Source of the DNA: Dudresnaya verticillata
Taxonomy: Eukaryota
DNA length: 64,000 nt
NCBI GenBank assembly: GCA_977862235.1
Contig: OZ374561.1
Coordinates: 248,001-312,000, forward strand
Direction: 5' to 3'
The notes below the pieces were generated by a model. It did not search any database, had not been told where the DNA came from, and saw only the letters and a list, made by a program, of their open reading frames with translations. Positions 21,381-31,856 of this stretch are shown here, piece after piece (within the stretch, counting starts at the first letter, position 1; each line of letters opens with the position of its first letter). The position numbers were made by a program, and so were the translations under genes.

Positions 21381-22092
21381 CGGAGGCAGCGCGCCGCCGC
21401 GGGTCGGCCGGCTCGGCGCGCAGCCACAGGGCGGTCGGGTGCATCGCGGGCGCGCGCGGCAGCAAGCGATCGATCACAGCGTGCTCATCAAAACGCGCAA
21501 CGGCGCGGGCGCCGCGCATCGCCCTGATGACGGAGCGCCGCGCGCCGCGGCGCCGCCTGCGCTCCCACCCGCGCGCGCGCGCCGACGCGGCGCGCGCACG
21601 CCGTCACACGTCACCGCGCCCGCCATGCGGCGCCGCGCCACTCGCAGCCACGCATCGCGCCGCGCCGCGCCGCGCAGCGCCGCCCGCCCGTTCCGCGCGC
21701 CGACGACACCCGCGCGCACCTTCCGCTCGCGCGCGCGCGCCGCTTCTCGCGCCACGCCAGCGAGCGTCGCGCGAGAGCGCGCCGCCTCGCGCTGTGGCGG
21801 CCGCGCGCGAACATATCTTCTCGCGCGCGGATACGCAGCCGTTCGTTTTCCGCGCGCGCCTGGTAGCGCGCTTGCTCGTTGCTGGCGCAGCGACGGCCGC
21901 CGGTGGGTTGCGCCTGTTGCAACTGCTGAGAGCTGCTGTGCTGTATCTGTGCTACTGTACCATGGTCCGCAGTACCGCTGTGCCGTGGCGACTCTGCGCG
22001 CGTAGTGTCAGTGTCGCGTTGGGAGATCTCTCGCAGCACAGCACGGCACAGCACGGCACAGCCACGCCGCGCTCTCACACGGGCAGCAGCAC

Positions 22093-22137
22093 CGACGACG
22101 ACGACGACGACGACGACCACCACCACCACCACCACCA
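22093..22137. repeat. (GAC)n(CAC)n trinucleotide microsatellite
   Basis: Seen directly. Confidence 0.85.
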
Positions 22138-23107
22138 AGGCGACTGCGAACTCGGCGCCGGCGGAGCCGCGCCTCGTCGCCTGCCAACTGCACATACGCA
22201 GAATTTCACGCCGGACGACGGCGCCCGTGCAGCAGAAGGGAAGGCAGCATTGCCGCCGGTGCCGGCGTGTTCCAGGGTGCCAAAGTGGCCGCGCTTGTTG
22301 AGATCCTGCCGTGATGCGTACGGTCTTTTTCTTTTCTCGATCATGCCCGTGGCCGTTGCTGGGAGACACTGTCCGCAACGCGCCGCGCGAGTGTCTGCGG
22401 CGCGAGGGGGCAAGCAAACCATTCTGTTGTAGACGCTTCTGATAGAGCTGTTCTATGACGTGCGACCATTCTAATTCGTCCCGACAAAGCCTTACGGACG
22501 CCCTTCGATACAATCTCTTCATACCGCCCTCTGCACAGCCTCCGTTCCATCCCACTATGCGACACGGAGCAGCTTTCGCTGCTTTCTGACAATCGCGTAC
22601 ACGTCATTGTCTGACCCTCCGTTCCTCGACCTTTTGCTGCCAGAACCAGATCTGACACGAGCACACCGACGTTTCCAAAAGAAGAAAAAGTCTAAGGAAC
22701 TCTTTACTTTTGAGCTAGCACAGTACCAAAAGTACGTCCCAACCACATTTCTCACAATCTCACCCACTAACCCAAGTCAGTGACCATCATTGATTGCTCA
22801 ATTGCATTGACAAAAACGGCTGCGCAAAAAACGGCTGCGTCCTGCTGCACCAGAGACTATACCGTCCATTCCGTGCCATAAACCCATCCACACGGCATGC
22901 TCGGCAGAAAACACAGCTTGTGCGTCAATCGCGCCTTCATCCAACGCGCTAGACTCTGTGCAGCCATCGTCACAAAAGTTAAAAAACAGGGGTTACAAGC
23001 AAGGACGGACACAGAGCGTCGTGACACCATGGTACGATTCCAGACCACCAAAAACTTGTACTCCGTTCATATTGTTGAACGGCGTCCCCGTCACATTGCC
23101 GTCTTCC

Positions 23108-24382
23108 TCACCGCATTTTCTTGGCCATTTCAAGCGCAGCCGCTCCACCAGCAACTAGTGCGGTCTTTGCAGACGTCGCAGCGACGGCACCTGCCCCTTT
23201 CACAGCCCCGACAGGCATTGCCGATGCCGTCTTGATACCACACCACACCTTGATCGAGTCATAGATAAGGAACTGTCCACCGATCATGCAACTTACTTGC
23301 AAAACCCTCGCACCCAGTCCGATGAAGAGGCCAAGGAATCCGAGAGACCGTGCCACTCTAAAGATCTGGTTCCACGCAGAGCCCTGGCTCTCCTCCTGGT
23401 TGATCTTGGAGAGGATCGTATCGCCTGGATGCGAGATTATCGCAGCAATGATACCCGCTGACAAGCCTGACACAGACGCGATAGCACCCATCGCCGACGG
23501 GCCTTCAATGTCGAATAGCATCTTGACAATGCCCTTGACGACTTTGACCGCTAGCTCAAATGAAACAAACTGCCCGACAGTGTACGGCACCTGCTTGAGC
23601 AGCATAGCCGGCAAGCCCTTGTACCATCCGTGCATTCCCTCCGACTTGAGCAATAGCGAGAGGCCACCGACAACGCCAGACGGGAAGGAGGAGTCTGCTA
23701 CCGAGCGGATGCGGATGGCCTCCATGGGACACAGGAGCAGGCAGGCGATGCACTCTGCGAAAAACCCGGCCAGGGCGGCAACGGCAAGCGGCGGCTTGAT
23801 GGCCAACGACGGGTCGGGTAACAGCAGAATCTTGAAGACCTCGTAGAATGAATATTTGAAAGCGCCGTGCAAAAAGTAGCCGCTTGCGGTTGCGCCTAGC
23901 CCCTTCAGCAAAGTCGGCATTCCCTCTTCGGCAACAATCTTCTGAAACGCGTCGACCATACCGTTGTACCTCCCGGTGGTGGTCTGAATGCGCGTCTTGA
24001 CGACATCGATAGGAGTGCACATGGCATGTGTGAAAAAGGCGCAAATACCCCCGGCGACGAAGAACTGCATAAACTTAAACATGGAGATGTAGCCATCCGC
24101 GGCCGCGACGTCGAGGCGGGTGAAGAAGAACACGGCTGCGACAGCAGCGCATAGCAGCGTAGCGACGCGGTCGACCCGCGCGTGCAGCGTGGGCTGCAGC
24201 GGGGCGCAGGCCTTGGTGGCGCCGGCGACAAAGAGAGAGACGGCGCAGAGCAGCGCAGACGTGTGCAGCGACAGCGGCGGCTGCAGGACGCGCACGGCGA
24301 CCGAGAGCGGGGCCGCGGCGACGAGTGAGAGCGTGGCGACGGCGGCCAGCAGCGCGGCCGGGCGGCGGTACATGTCGCCCAT
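23108..24382 (-). CDS. Mitochondrial carrier family protein, phosphate carrier (PiC/MIR1)-like, with hydrophobic N-terminal extension
   Basis: Three carrier repeats PIDVVKTRIQ, PMEAIRIR, PGDTILSK; PiC-typical GY..HGAFKYSFYE and KQVPYT motifs. Confidence 0.9.
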   Translation of the reverse strand: MGDMYRRPAALLAAVATLSLVAAAPLSVAVRVLQPPLSLHTSALLCAVSLFVAGATKACAPLQPTLHARVDRVATLLCAAVAAVFFFTRLDVAAADGYISMFKFMQFFVAGGICAFFTHAMCTPIDVVKTRIQTTTGRYNGMVDAFQKIVAEEGMPTLLKGLGATASGYFLHGAFKYSFYEVFKILLLPDPSLAIKPPLAVAALAGFFAECIACLLLCPMEAIRIRSVADSSFPSGVVGGLSLLLKSEGMHGWYKGLPAMLLKQVPYTVGQFVSFELAVKVVKGIVKMLFDIEGPSAMGAIASVSGLSAGIIAAIISHPGDTILSKINQEESQGSAWNQIFRVARSLGFLGLFIGLGARVLQVSCMIGGQFLIYDSIKVWCGIKTASAMPVGAVKGAGAVAATSAKTALVAGGAAALEMAKKMR

Positions 24383-24842
24383 CGTGCTCGCAGCTCGCCG
24401 GGGGCCGGACGGGGCCAGCCGCGACGGCGACGGCGACGGCGACGGCGGCGGCAGCGGAATTGCGGGCGGCGTGGTGGGCGGCGGCGGTCGGGAGGAGCGG
24501 TGGCGCCACCGCAGGTGCAGCGCTCGCGGCAGTCGATACTCGAGGTTTTGGTCTAAAGAGCGAGGAAGCGTGGCAGGGGGGTGTGGTGCTACGTCGCTAT
24601 TCTGCTGCTGTTCGAACAGTAATGTTAATTCGACCGGTGTCAGCCTGCGTTTCGCGTGGCGTGGGGCTGTGCAGCATCACCACACGTATCGCAGACTTGG
24701 CGCCGCAGCCGTGCGGGAATAACTCACCTGCAAAGAGGCACGACGCCGCCGCCAATGACCTTGCAGCGTCCCTGGTGATCCGCTCCACCACCTCCGCGCC
24801 GTTCCTCCCCGCCATGGCGACCGCGACGAGCCCCCGCGCTCG

Positions 24843-25886
24843 ATGACGAGCCCGTGCCCACGCCACCTCTGCGCCCTCTGCGGCGCGGAGCAGCGCGCCG
24901 CGTCGCGCTGGCGGACCGCGCTGGACTTCGCGCGTCTCTACCTAACCGGCGTGGTCGAGCTGCTCCGCCAGCTCTTCCTCTCCGCGCGCGCCCCGCGCCC
25001 CGCGTGCGCCGCGCTGCACCCCGTCAACGCCTCCAAGCCGGTCGTGCTGCTCTCCGGCGGCACGTCGGGCATCGGCGCCGCCGTCGGCCGCGCGCTGTCC
25101 GGCACGAACGCGCGCACGCTGCATCTCACGCACGGCCGCGCGGCCGCGGCCGCCGCGGCGTGCGTGCACGTCGACCTGAGCTGCGCGTCTTCGACGGCGC
25201 GCGCGGCGCGCGAGCTGGAGCGGCTTCTTTCTGCGCGCGCGCGCGACGCGCCCGTCGTGCTGGTGCACTGCGCCGGCGTGTACCACCCGCGCGGCGCGGG
25301 CGGCGTGGCGGAGACGGCGCGCGTCAACCTGCTGCACCCGGCGCTGCTGCTGCGCGAGCTGGGGCGCTTGGTGCACGGCGTCGTGTGGCTGGGGTCGTCG
25401 TCGCAGGCGGCTGCCCCGCTCGTCGAGGCGCGCGCGTGCCCGCTGTGCGTTGCTGCCACGCCGTACGCGATGTACCCGCTGTCGAAGCTGCTCTGCGTGC
25501 TGGCTGCGGAGGCATGGGGGCGTAGCTTTGCCGCGCCGGTCATGGTGGTGCACCCCGGTGTGGTAGCCACCGGGCTGTACAAGGGCGAGCGCGGCTTGCT
25601 TGGATGCTGCTTGAGGGCGGTCTTGCGCTTTTGCGCATGGGGCCCTGAGGAGGCTGCGGCGAGGGTGCTGACTGTTGTGAACAGTGCAGGCTTTTGGGAA
25701 GATGCGCAGCGTGTCGCTTGCGGAAGCAAGCGGGGAGAGCGCCTCGATGGGGTCTACTGGGATACAGTCTCCATGAGGCGCTCAAAAGTACCAGCGCAAC
25801 TGCGAGGCGACGCGAGACGAGTGGAAATCGCGGGGCGCTTATGGTCGGCAATTGGGAAATCAGTTGGGAGAGGCGCGGGAGGCTGA
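24843..25886 (+). CDS. Short-chain dehydrogenase/reductase (retinol dehydrogenase-like)
   Basis: SGGTSGIG cofactor motif, VDLS, HCAG, YPLSK catalytic motif, VHPGVVAT. Confidence 0.85.
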   Translation: MTSPCPRHLCALCGAEQRAASRWRTALDFARLYLTGVVELLRQLFLSARAPRPACAALHPVNASKPVVLLSGGTSGIGAAVGRALSGTNARTLHLTHGRAAAAAAACVHVDLSCASSTARAARELERLLSARARDAPVVLVHCAGVYHPRGAGGVAETARVNLLHPALLLRELGRLVHGVVWLGSSSQAAAPLVEARACPLCVAATPYAMYPLSKLLCVLAAEAWGRSFAAPVMVVHPGVVATGLYKGERGLLGCCLRAVLRFCAWGPEEAAARVLTVVNSAGFWEDAQRVACGSKRGERLDGVYWDTVSMRRSKVPAQLRGDARRVEIAGRLWSAIGKSVGRGAGG

Positions 25887-26608
25887 GAAGGTGTGGGCTC
25901 TTGTGCCGCATTGCTTGAACACACACTTTGCTCTGTCCAAACAAATACGAACCGGCTGGGGTGGAACAGTCATACTCGGGTACTGCAACCGGCGTCTTGA
26001 TACCATATCTCTACGCTGCCCCCGTATCGTACACGGGATTTCTGTATCTTCATTAGGGGATGCTCGATTTAGTTCATTGGGAGCACTGGGAGCACTGTGA
26101 CTAGAGCAGTGGCGGAGGCTCCCCTCCAGAAATAGTCGCGGGCTTCTTGTGAACCATCTTTCCGTGCCCAGCAGCAGGGTTTCAGACACATCGCAAACTG
26201 AAGGACGAGGCTTGCGTTTCGCATTCCTGTCATCAGAGTGTTGTGGCTAGCGCATGATGGTCTTGCGAAGAGACTCTGTAGCTGCCGCGCCGATGAAGGC
26301 ATGTGGGAAGACGCGAGGCAGATGGCTCCTCGAGGCAGACAGGCATAGAAAACGCAATAGCGTTTATAGGAATGCCCCCCCCGTCTTCGATGCGCGCAGA
26401 ACTCTCAAGGCATCTGCGCTACAACGAAAGCTAAATGGGGGCTACGAAATGCTTGGGCCTGGCACATCCAAGCGCCCTGGCATCACGACAGCGGCTGAAG
26501 TGGTGTAGCTTTTGCTGCTGTGACCCGTCTGCACGAAGAGACAAAGCGAAATACGCCAACAAGGCAGCACATATACTGGCACAGTTGCACAGCTACAGCT
26601 ACGTCTTG

Positions 26609-28518
26609 TTACCTCTTGACATCCTCGATTGCATATTTATCATCGTCGATAGCACTGGATGCAATATCCCCGTCACGAGGTGCTCGAGCCAGCTCTCCAG
26701 CTGCACCAGGCGTGAAGGAGATCAAGGACGGCGACTCACTGACGGCGAGATCAGCAGGTTCATCCGAATCATCTTCGGCGTTAACCGGCACAGCTTGTGA
26801 CCTTTCGAGCCTTGAAGGACGTGGTTTGTGCTTGGCTTCCTCAGAAATAATATCTTCAATGTCATCATCTTCCGGAACTCTGGTAAATTCCCCTGTAGGT
26901 GTTCCTCCCCCTTCAATTTCTCCTAGTAGGTTATCGGTCATCTTCGCGTTTGGAATAAGAACAAAAACAAGCGGAAAGACCATCAGCGGGAGCAGTACAT
27001 GAGCAATCAGAATTGCCTTGGGCAGGTTGCTGAAGTCGCATGGGACTGTAGTCTTGATTTCGAGCCAGTCGATCAAAGCCACGCCCAACGTTCGTGACAC
27101 ATTGCTACCCAGATTTTGGTATGAAGCGAGAAGAGCGTACACACTCGCCTCCATTCCCTTTGGACATACTTTTGAGGTAAGCACAACAGCAGGCATGAAG
27201 TCCAAAGTGTATGCAACCTGGAAAATCATTGCATCGCCGAGCATGAAAGCAAGCTTATCTGGGATGCCAAGCCGCCTGTTGTATCTCATAACAATAAATA
27301 TGTCAAAGAATGACGCCGCAAGTTTGACAATACACGTTGTCCAGAACGCTGTGCGAAAGTTGCCACGACTCAGAAACGCCTGGAATGCTGCGACACCGGC
27401 GGCACCAGCGACACTTCCTACGACAGACGCGTATGTAACATAGTATGTAAACGAAAAGTGAGGACCATCCGGGACACACTCTGGCCCTGCGGTGAACCAG
27501 TAATCAAGTGCTCCTGGTAGTGACACATAAAACATGCTGCTTAGAAACATGTACAAGTTGGCCAGCTTTAGCATTCCGGGAAGCCAAATCGAGCCCAGCA
27601 CGCAGAGCGTGAAAGACACTACGAGAGAAACGCCAGACTGGATGTTCCCAGACCCTAGAAGTGCAGAGAGGCCCACAGACATAGCACCAGCTGTCATTGC
27701 GATAGAAAGTTTGAAAAGATCCGGGTGCGCTGTGATCTTGTCCCTGCGTACCATCCGCTGCTCCGGAGGGAGCCTTTCCTCTGGCAGCCATCCTGCTGCA
27801 GCCGGGAAAATGACCTGTGCCGCGAGCGGCAGACACACAATGAATATGTATCGCGGGTTGAAGTGGTCTGCAACCGGACCAGCGACGACGGAGCCCACAA
27901 ACGTGCCAAGCATGTACAAACCCCAGACGAAGCTAACCAGGTCACTGCCGCTTTCGGGCTTGGAGACCATCAGTTCCGCGTATTTGCCCTCGCAAAGCAA
28001 ATCAACAGTCGCCAGCTGCAAGTTGCCCAGGAACAGGAGGAATGCAGCCAGTGGAGCTAGCCAAGCTGCAAACTGTACGAAGCCAAGCACAGCGAAAGCT
28101 ATCGCACCCAGGATTGATACTATGACAATGTAAGACCGTTTGTGAAAGCCGAACAGCGGTACCGTGTCAGATACCAACCCGATAAGTGCCTTCATAGCCC
28201 AGGGAGTTTGTGCAACGGTGCCATAGCTCTGGTACTTATCCCCCGTTACGTTGAGCGCTTTAAAGTATGGCAGCATAGCACTGACCGCCATTTGACTGTC
28301 GCACGGATAGAAATAACAACCTGGGTTAGTCCGGTGATTCCGTTCCGCTGCGAGTATTGCAATACGCTAACAATCCGGACAATGCGGCGTAGGACACGCG
28401 TCTACACGTACAAAATAGAGCCTTTTAGCCCGGCGTATACCGAGACGAGCAAAAGCGAGAACTGCCATCCGAAGTTGTGCACGATGCCCCTCAGGAAGTC
28501 GCGACCGTACTTAATCAT
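26609..28518 (-). CDS. Folate-biopterin transporter (BT1 family, MFS); 2 exons (28518-28412, 28295-26609)
   Basis: PWAMKALIGLVSDTVPLFGFHKRSY, DLLCEGKY, CPKGMEASVYALL motifs. Intron 28411-28296 (GTACGT..ACTAAC..CAG, 116 nt) joins the exons in frame (..GSIF-QMAVS..). Confidence 0.92.
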
Positions 28519-29279
28519 GATGGGACCTGCCCGGATTGAGACGGCAGGCTGTTGATGCGGTAGGGTTGATTGAGGCTTGACAACGGCCCGGACTGGGAAG
28601 GGGTAAAGAGTAAGCAAGCACAGCGCTACTGCACTGCTGCTAGTTGCTCCTCCTGCACATTTGCGGAAGGAGTGGTGCACAGGTCGATATCTAGTTGTTC
28701 CACCTTTGCAATGCGCCTCTATTCTTGGAAGGGATCAGCGGTGCTCTCCAGGTTGGGGCGAAACGGCCGTCTTCCGCTTGGCAAGGCCGAGCTGGGCCTC
28801 TGCGACTGGGACGCAGCGGACGGCTGTCGTCAAGCCGGCGCCACACACATATGTTCCACGGTACCCAGACAGAAAAGCTAGTGAACCGACGTGAGGAAGT
28901 TCGACGCCGTTCAGGCGCTGGAGAGAGGACTTCCTGCCTGGACAGGGTCGGAGGCAGTGCCTCAGCTTGGGGTAGGCATAATTAGCGTGGTTTTCCGCCG
29001 TAAATACGACTTTTTTCTACAGAAAAATATGCCGTGAGAAAACAAAAACACTATTTGACCAACGGGCCAGAGCCGCCAGTCCCACGTGGACCAATGCTTT
29101 ACAGCTCAGTCTTTTTCGTGGCCGGCATCATCGTCACGGCCGGATGGAAGACAGCGTCAGCGCCGGCACGGCAGTTTGAATGCCTTTCGAATCCATCGTC
29201 GACAACCTTCTTTGTTCCTTTGCGAGCTGATCCCTCTTCCCATCTCTGTCGCAGCCTTCCCTGAAACACGAACCCCACT

Positions 29280-30453
29280 ATGGCCATGCTTCCGATGCCA
29301 GTGCCGCAGCCTCCGGTGGCAGCGCCGCCTCCGACGTCGCTCGGCGGACCGCCCGCCTCCCAGGAGAAGGTATGTCGTCCCAACCCCTGCATCAATATCA
29401 GCCCTTCCAAACTCTGCTGCATCTAACCTCATCCCTCTCTTCTATCTCAATTCACATCCACCCACCCAGATCCCGCCCAAATCCGTCGTTGACACTGCAC
29501 ACACGGACATGGTCCACGACGCGCAGCTAGACTTCTACGGCCGTCGTCTCGCAACCTGTTCAAGCGACCGCACCATTAAGATCTTCCAGGTTGACAGAAA
29601 CGGCGCGCACCGCCACGAGGCGACGTTGGAGGGACACGACGGGCCGGTGTGGCAGGTCGCATGGGCGCACCCGACGCGCCACGGCCGTCCGCTACTGGCA
29701 TCTGCGTCGCACGACGGGCGCGTGATCGTGTGGATCGAGGACTCCCCAGGCATGTGGCGTCAGTTTTACGAGTACTCTTGGCATGCGTCAAGCGTCAACT
29801 CGGTCGCGTTTGCGCCGCACGAGTACGGGCTCATCTTTGCCTGTGCATCGTCCGACGGCTTCGTCTCCATCTGCCGCCAGCTGCAAGACGGGACGTGGGA
29901 CGAGCGCCGCGTCAGCGAGTCGCAGGACGGTGGCGCGCACACCCACCCGCTCGGTGCTAACTCCGTGTCGTGGGCATCGGCCATCTCCCCCGGTGGTCTC
30001 TGGATGCCCGAGCGCGCAGCGCCCCCACCCATGCGTGTTGTCACCGCGGGCTGCGACCACCTTGTGAAGGTGTGGCGGTTTGATGATGCCGCGAACAACT
30101 GGTTGTTGGACGGGAAGCCGCTCAAGGGGCATCGCGAGATGGTGCGCTGTGTCGCGTGGGCTCCGAACGCTGGTCTGCCGAGATCTATTATTGCGAGCTG
30201 TGGCCAGGACAAGAAGGTCATCCTCTGGAGTCAAGAGCTGGAGACTGATACGTCTAAAGCGGAATGGGCACCAACAGAGTTGCCGACTTTCTCTGGGCCA
30301 GTTTGGTCAGTTAGTTGGAGCCCTACGGGTAGCGTCCTCGGCGTGGCATTCGGAGATGATAATGTCACTCTTTGGAAGGAGGAGCTAGATGGCAGTTGGA
30401 AGAACGTAACCGAAGTGACTGCGGAGGGTACGGCTGTCCCGGAATCATCATGA
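29280..30453 (+). CDS. SEC13: Protein transport protein SEC13 (WD40); 2 exons (29280-29369, 29470-30453)
   Basis: H.DMVHDAQLDFYGRRLATCSSDRTIKIF, GHDGPVWQVAWAHP, SVNSVAFAPHEYGL, VTLWKE motifs. Phase-0 intron 29370-29469 (GTATGT..CTAAC..CAG). Confidence 0.95.
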
Positions 30454-31145
30454 GACAGGAGTAATTTTTGAGGAGAGCGGAGACAATACCACATGGCATC
30501 TTGCGGAGGTCACAGCAGATCGGTATCCCTGTCGTGTTTAACATATTCAGCCTACGTGCGTTGACTAAACTGTGAATCAACCTGCCAGCACAGCGCAGAT
30601 ACAATGCGCCGTTGCCAGTGGTTCCATCGACCTCTAGATCGATGACAAAGCTTGTAAGTCGTTTTGCGCGATACGCAGTTTATCGACCTGGGTCGGCCCC
30701 CGCTGATGGGAGGTCCTGCCGCGCAAATTCAGCGCAGGAAAGCTACATAGCTTTCAGAGCCAGTGAGGGACTAACGACATATGTCCATAATTGTTCTTGA
30801 AGTAGAAGAGCAGATAGCACCATCTTCATCAGCTTCTGCAAAGCGACTCGTCAAGACCACACAAGCTTTCAAATGAAAGCAAACTCGTATTGGGCAAAGT
30901 CGGCTCTTGGTTAACCATGATGCCCTCGCGTCGCACGAAGCGCTCCACTAGAAATGTCCAGGCGCTCCTGACGCGATGCAGTCCACCAAGCAATCAAATG
31001 CGTATTGAAGCGAAGTACGTGGCGATGGTTATGCCCCGCATGAATGCATGGGGCCCTAAAAACATGCTCTCTCAATTCCAGTTTCATCTACAGTATTTGT
31101 CTAGAGAATGCAACCCTGTTGCCTTTTTTGCCTTGCTTGACCTCA

Positions 31146-31856
31146 TTAGCCTATTTTGCTTTGTCCAGTCTTCGGGCCAGGATACGGGTCTGCAGGGAAA
31201 ACGACATGCTTGCCGTCCACCCTAGCACTCCGCAAGTGTTCAAGGCCCTTCTCCGTGATATCATTCCCTTTCAAATTAACAAACCAAAACTTTCCGTTGT
31301 TCTTCCGAATACCTTCCGCCCATGCAGATGCCCCTTCGTCACCCATTCCACCTCCTTTCTGCACCTGACCCATCAAATAAACAGTCTGGAGTGCCGTGTT
31401 TTCCCCAATCATCCTCCCAAGCGCTGCGCCTCCGCGAGACCCAATTCGATTGCGCGGCAGGCTTAGCACACGCATCACAGACCCAGGAGAGGACAAAGCC
31501 TCAGCAAGAGCAGCCGCACCGTCGTCGCCAATGGCGTTGTCGTAAAGAACGAGTTCCTCAAGCACCGAGTTTCCGCGGATTCCTTCCGCTAAAGCCGCAG
31601 CTCCGCTGCATGTCACATCACATGAGTCTAAGTTGACCATTCGAATCCTTGAGCCCACACTCCGTAACGCTTGCGAGACCGCAGTGGCACCTTCATCGCC
31701 AACCCGTTGCGAACCGAGAAATACAACTTCTTTCTGGCACAGTTGTTGTGGGTTTAGCGAGCAGCGGGGTGGTGCATGTGCAGTGTTTGTGTTTCTTGAC
31801 AGTCGTCGCTGCGCAAGGCCTGTGGACGGCTTTAGGGTCAAGAATGCAGGAGCCAT
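31146..31856 (-). CDS. RNI-like leucine-rich repeat protein, putative plastid-targeted
   Basis: Repeats such as LEELVLYDNAIGDDGAAALAEAL and VLSLPRNRIGSRGGAALGRMI; MAPAF start followed by a transit-like segment. Confidence 0.85.
   Translation of the reverse strand: MAPAFLTLKPSTGLAQRRLSRNTNTAHAPPRCSLNPQQLCQKEVVFLGSQRVGDEGATAVSQALRSVGSRIRMVNLDSCDVTCSGAAALAEGIRGNSVLEELVLYDNAIGDDGAAALAEALSSPGSVMRVLSLPRNRIGSRGGAALGRMIGENTALQTVYLMGQVQKGGGMGDEGASAWAEGIRKNNGKFWFVNLKGNDITEKGLEHLRSARVDGKHVVFPADPYPGPKTGQSKIG

Noticed and set aside
8015..25729. Dozens of long Arg/Ala/Gly/Pro-rich ORFs (e.g. 8015-9694, 14099-15352, 19545-21062, 21158-22432)
   Set aside because: Shadow or antisense frames caused by stop-codon scarcity in extreme-GC DNA and microsatellites. 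They have no motifs and mostly overlap better-supported genes.
29086..29469. ORF-track N-terminal extension of SEC13 (and similar extensions at 8103, 15574, 20464, 41228, 61278)
   Set aside because: They read through intron, UTR or microsatellite sequence, mostly from non-ATG starts; downstream ATGs or spliced models fit better.
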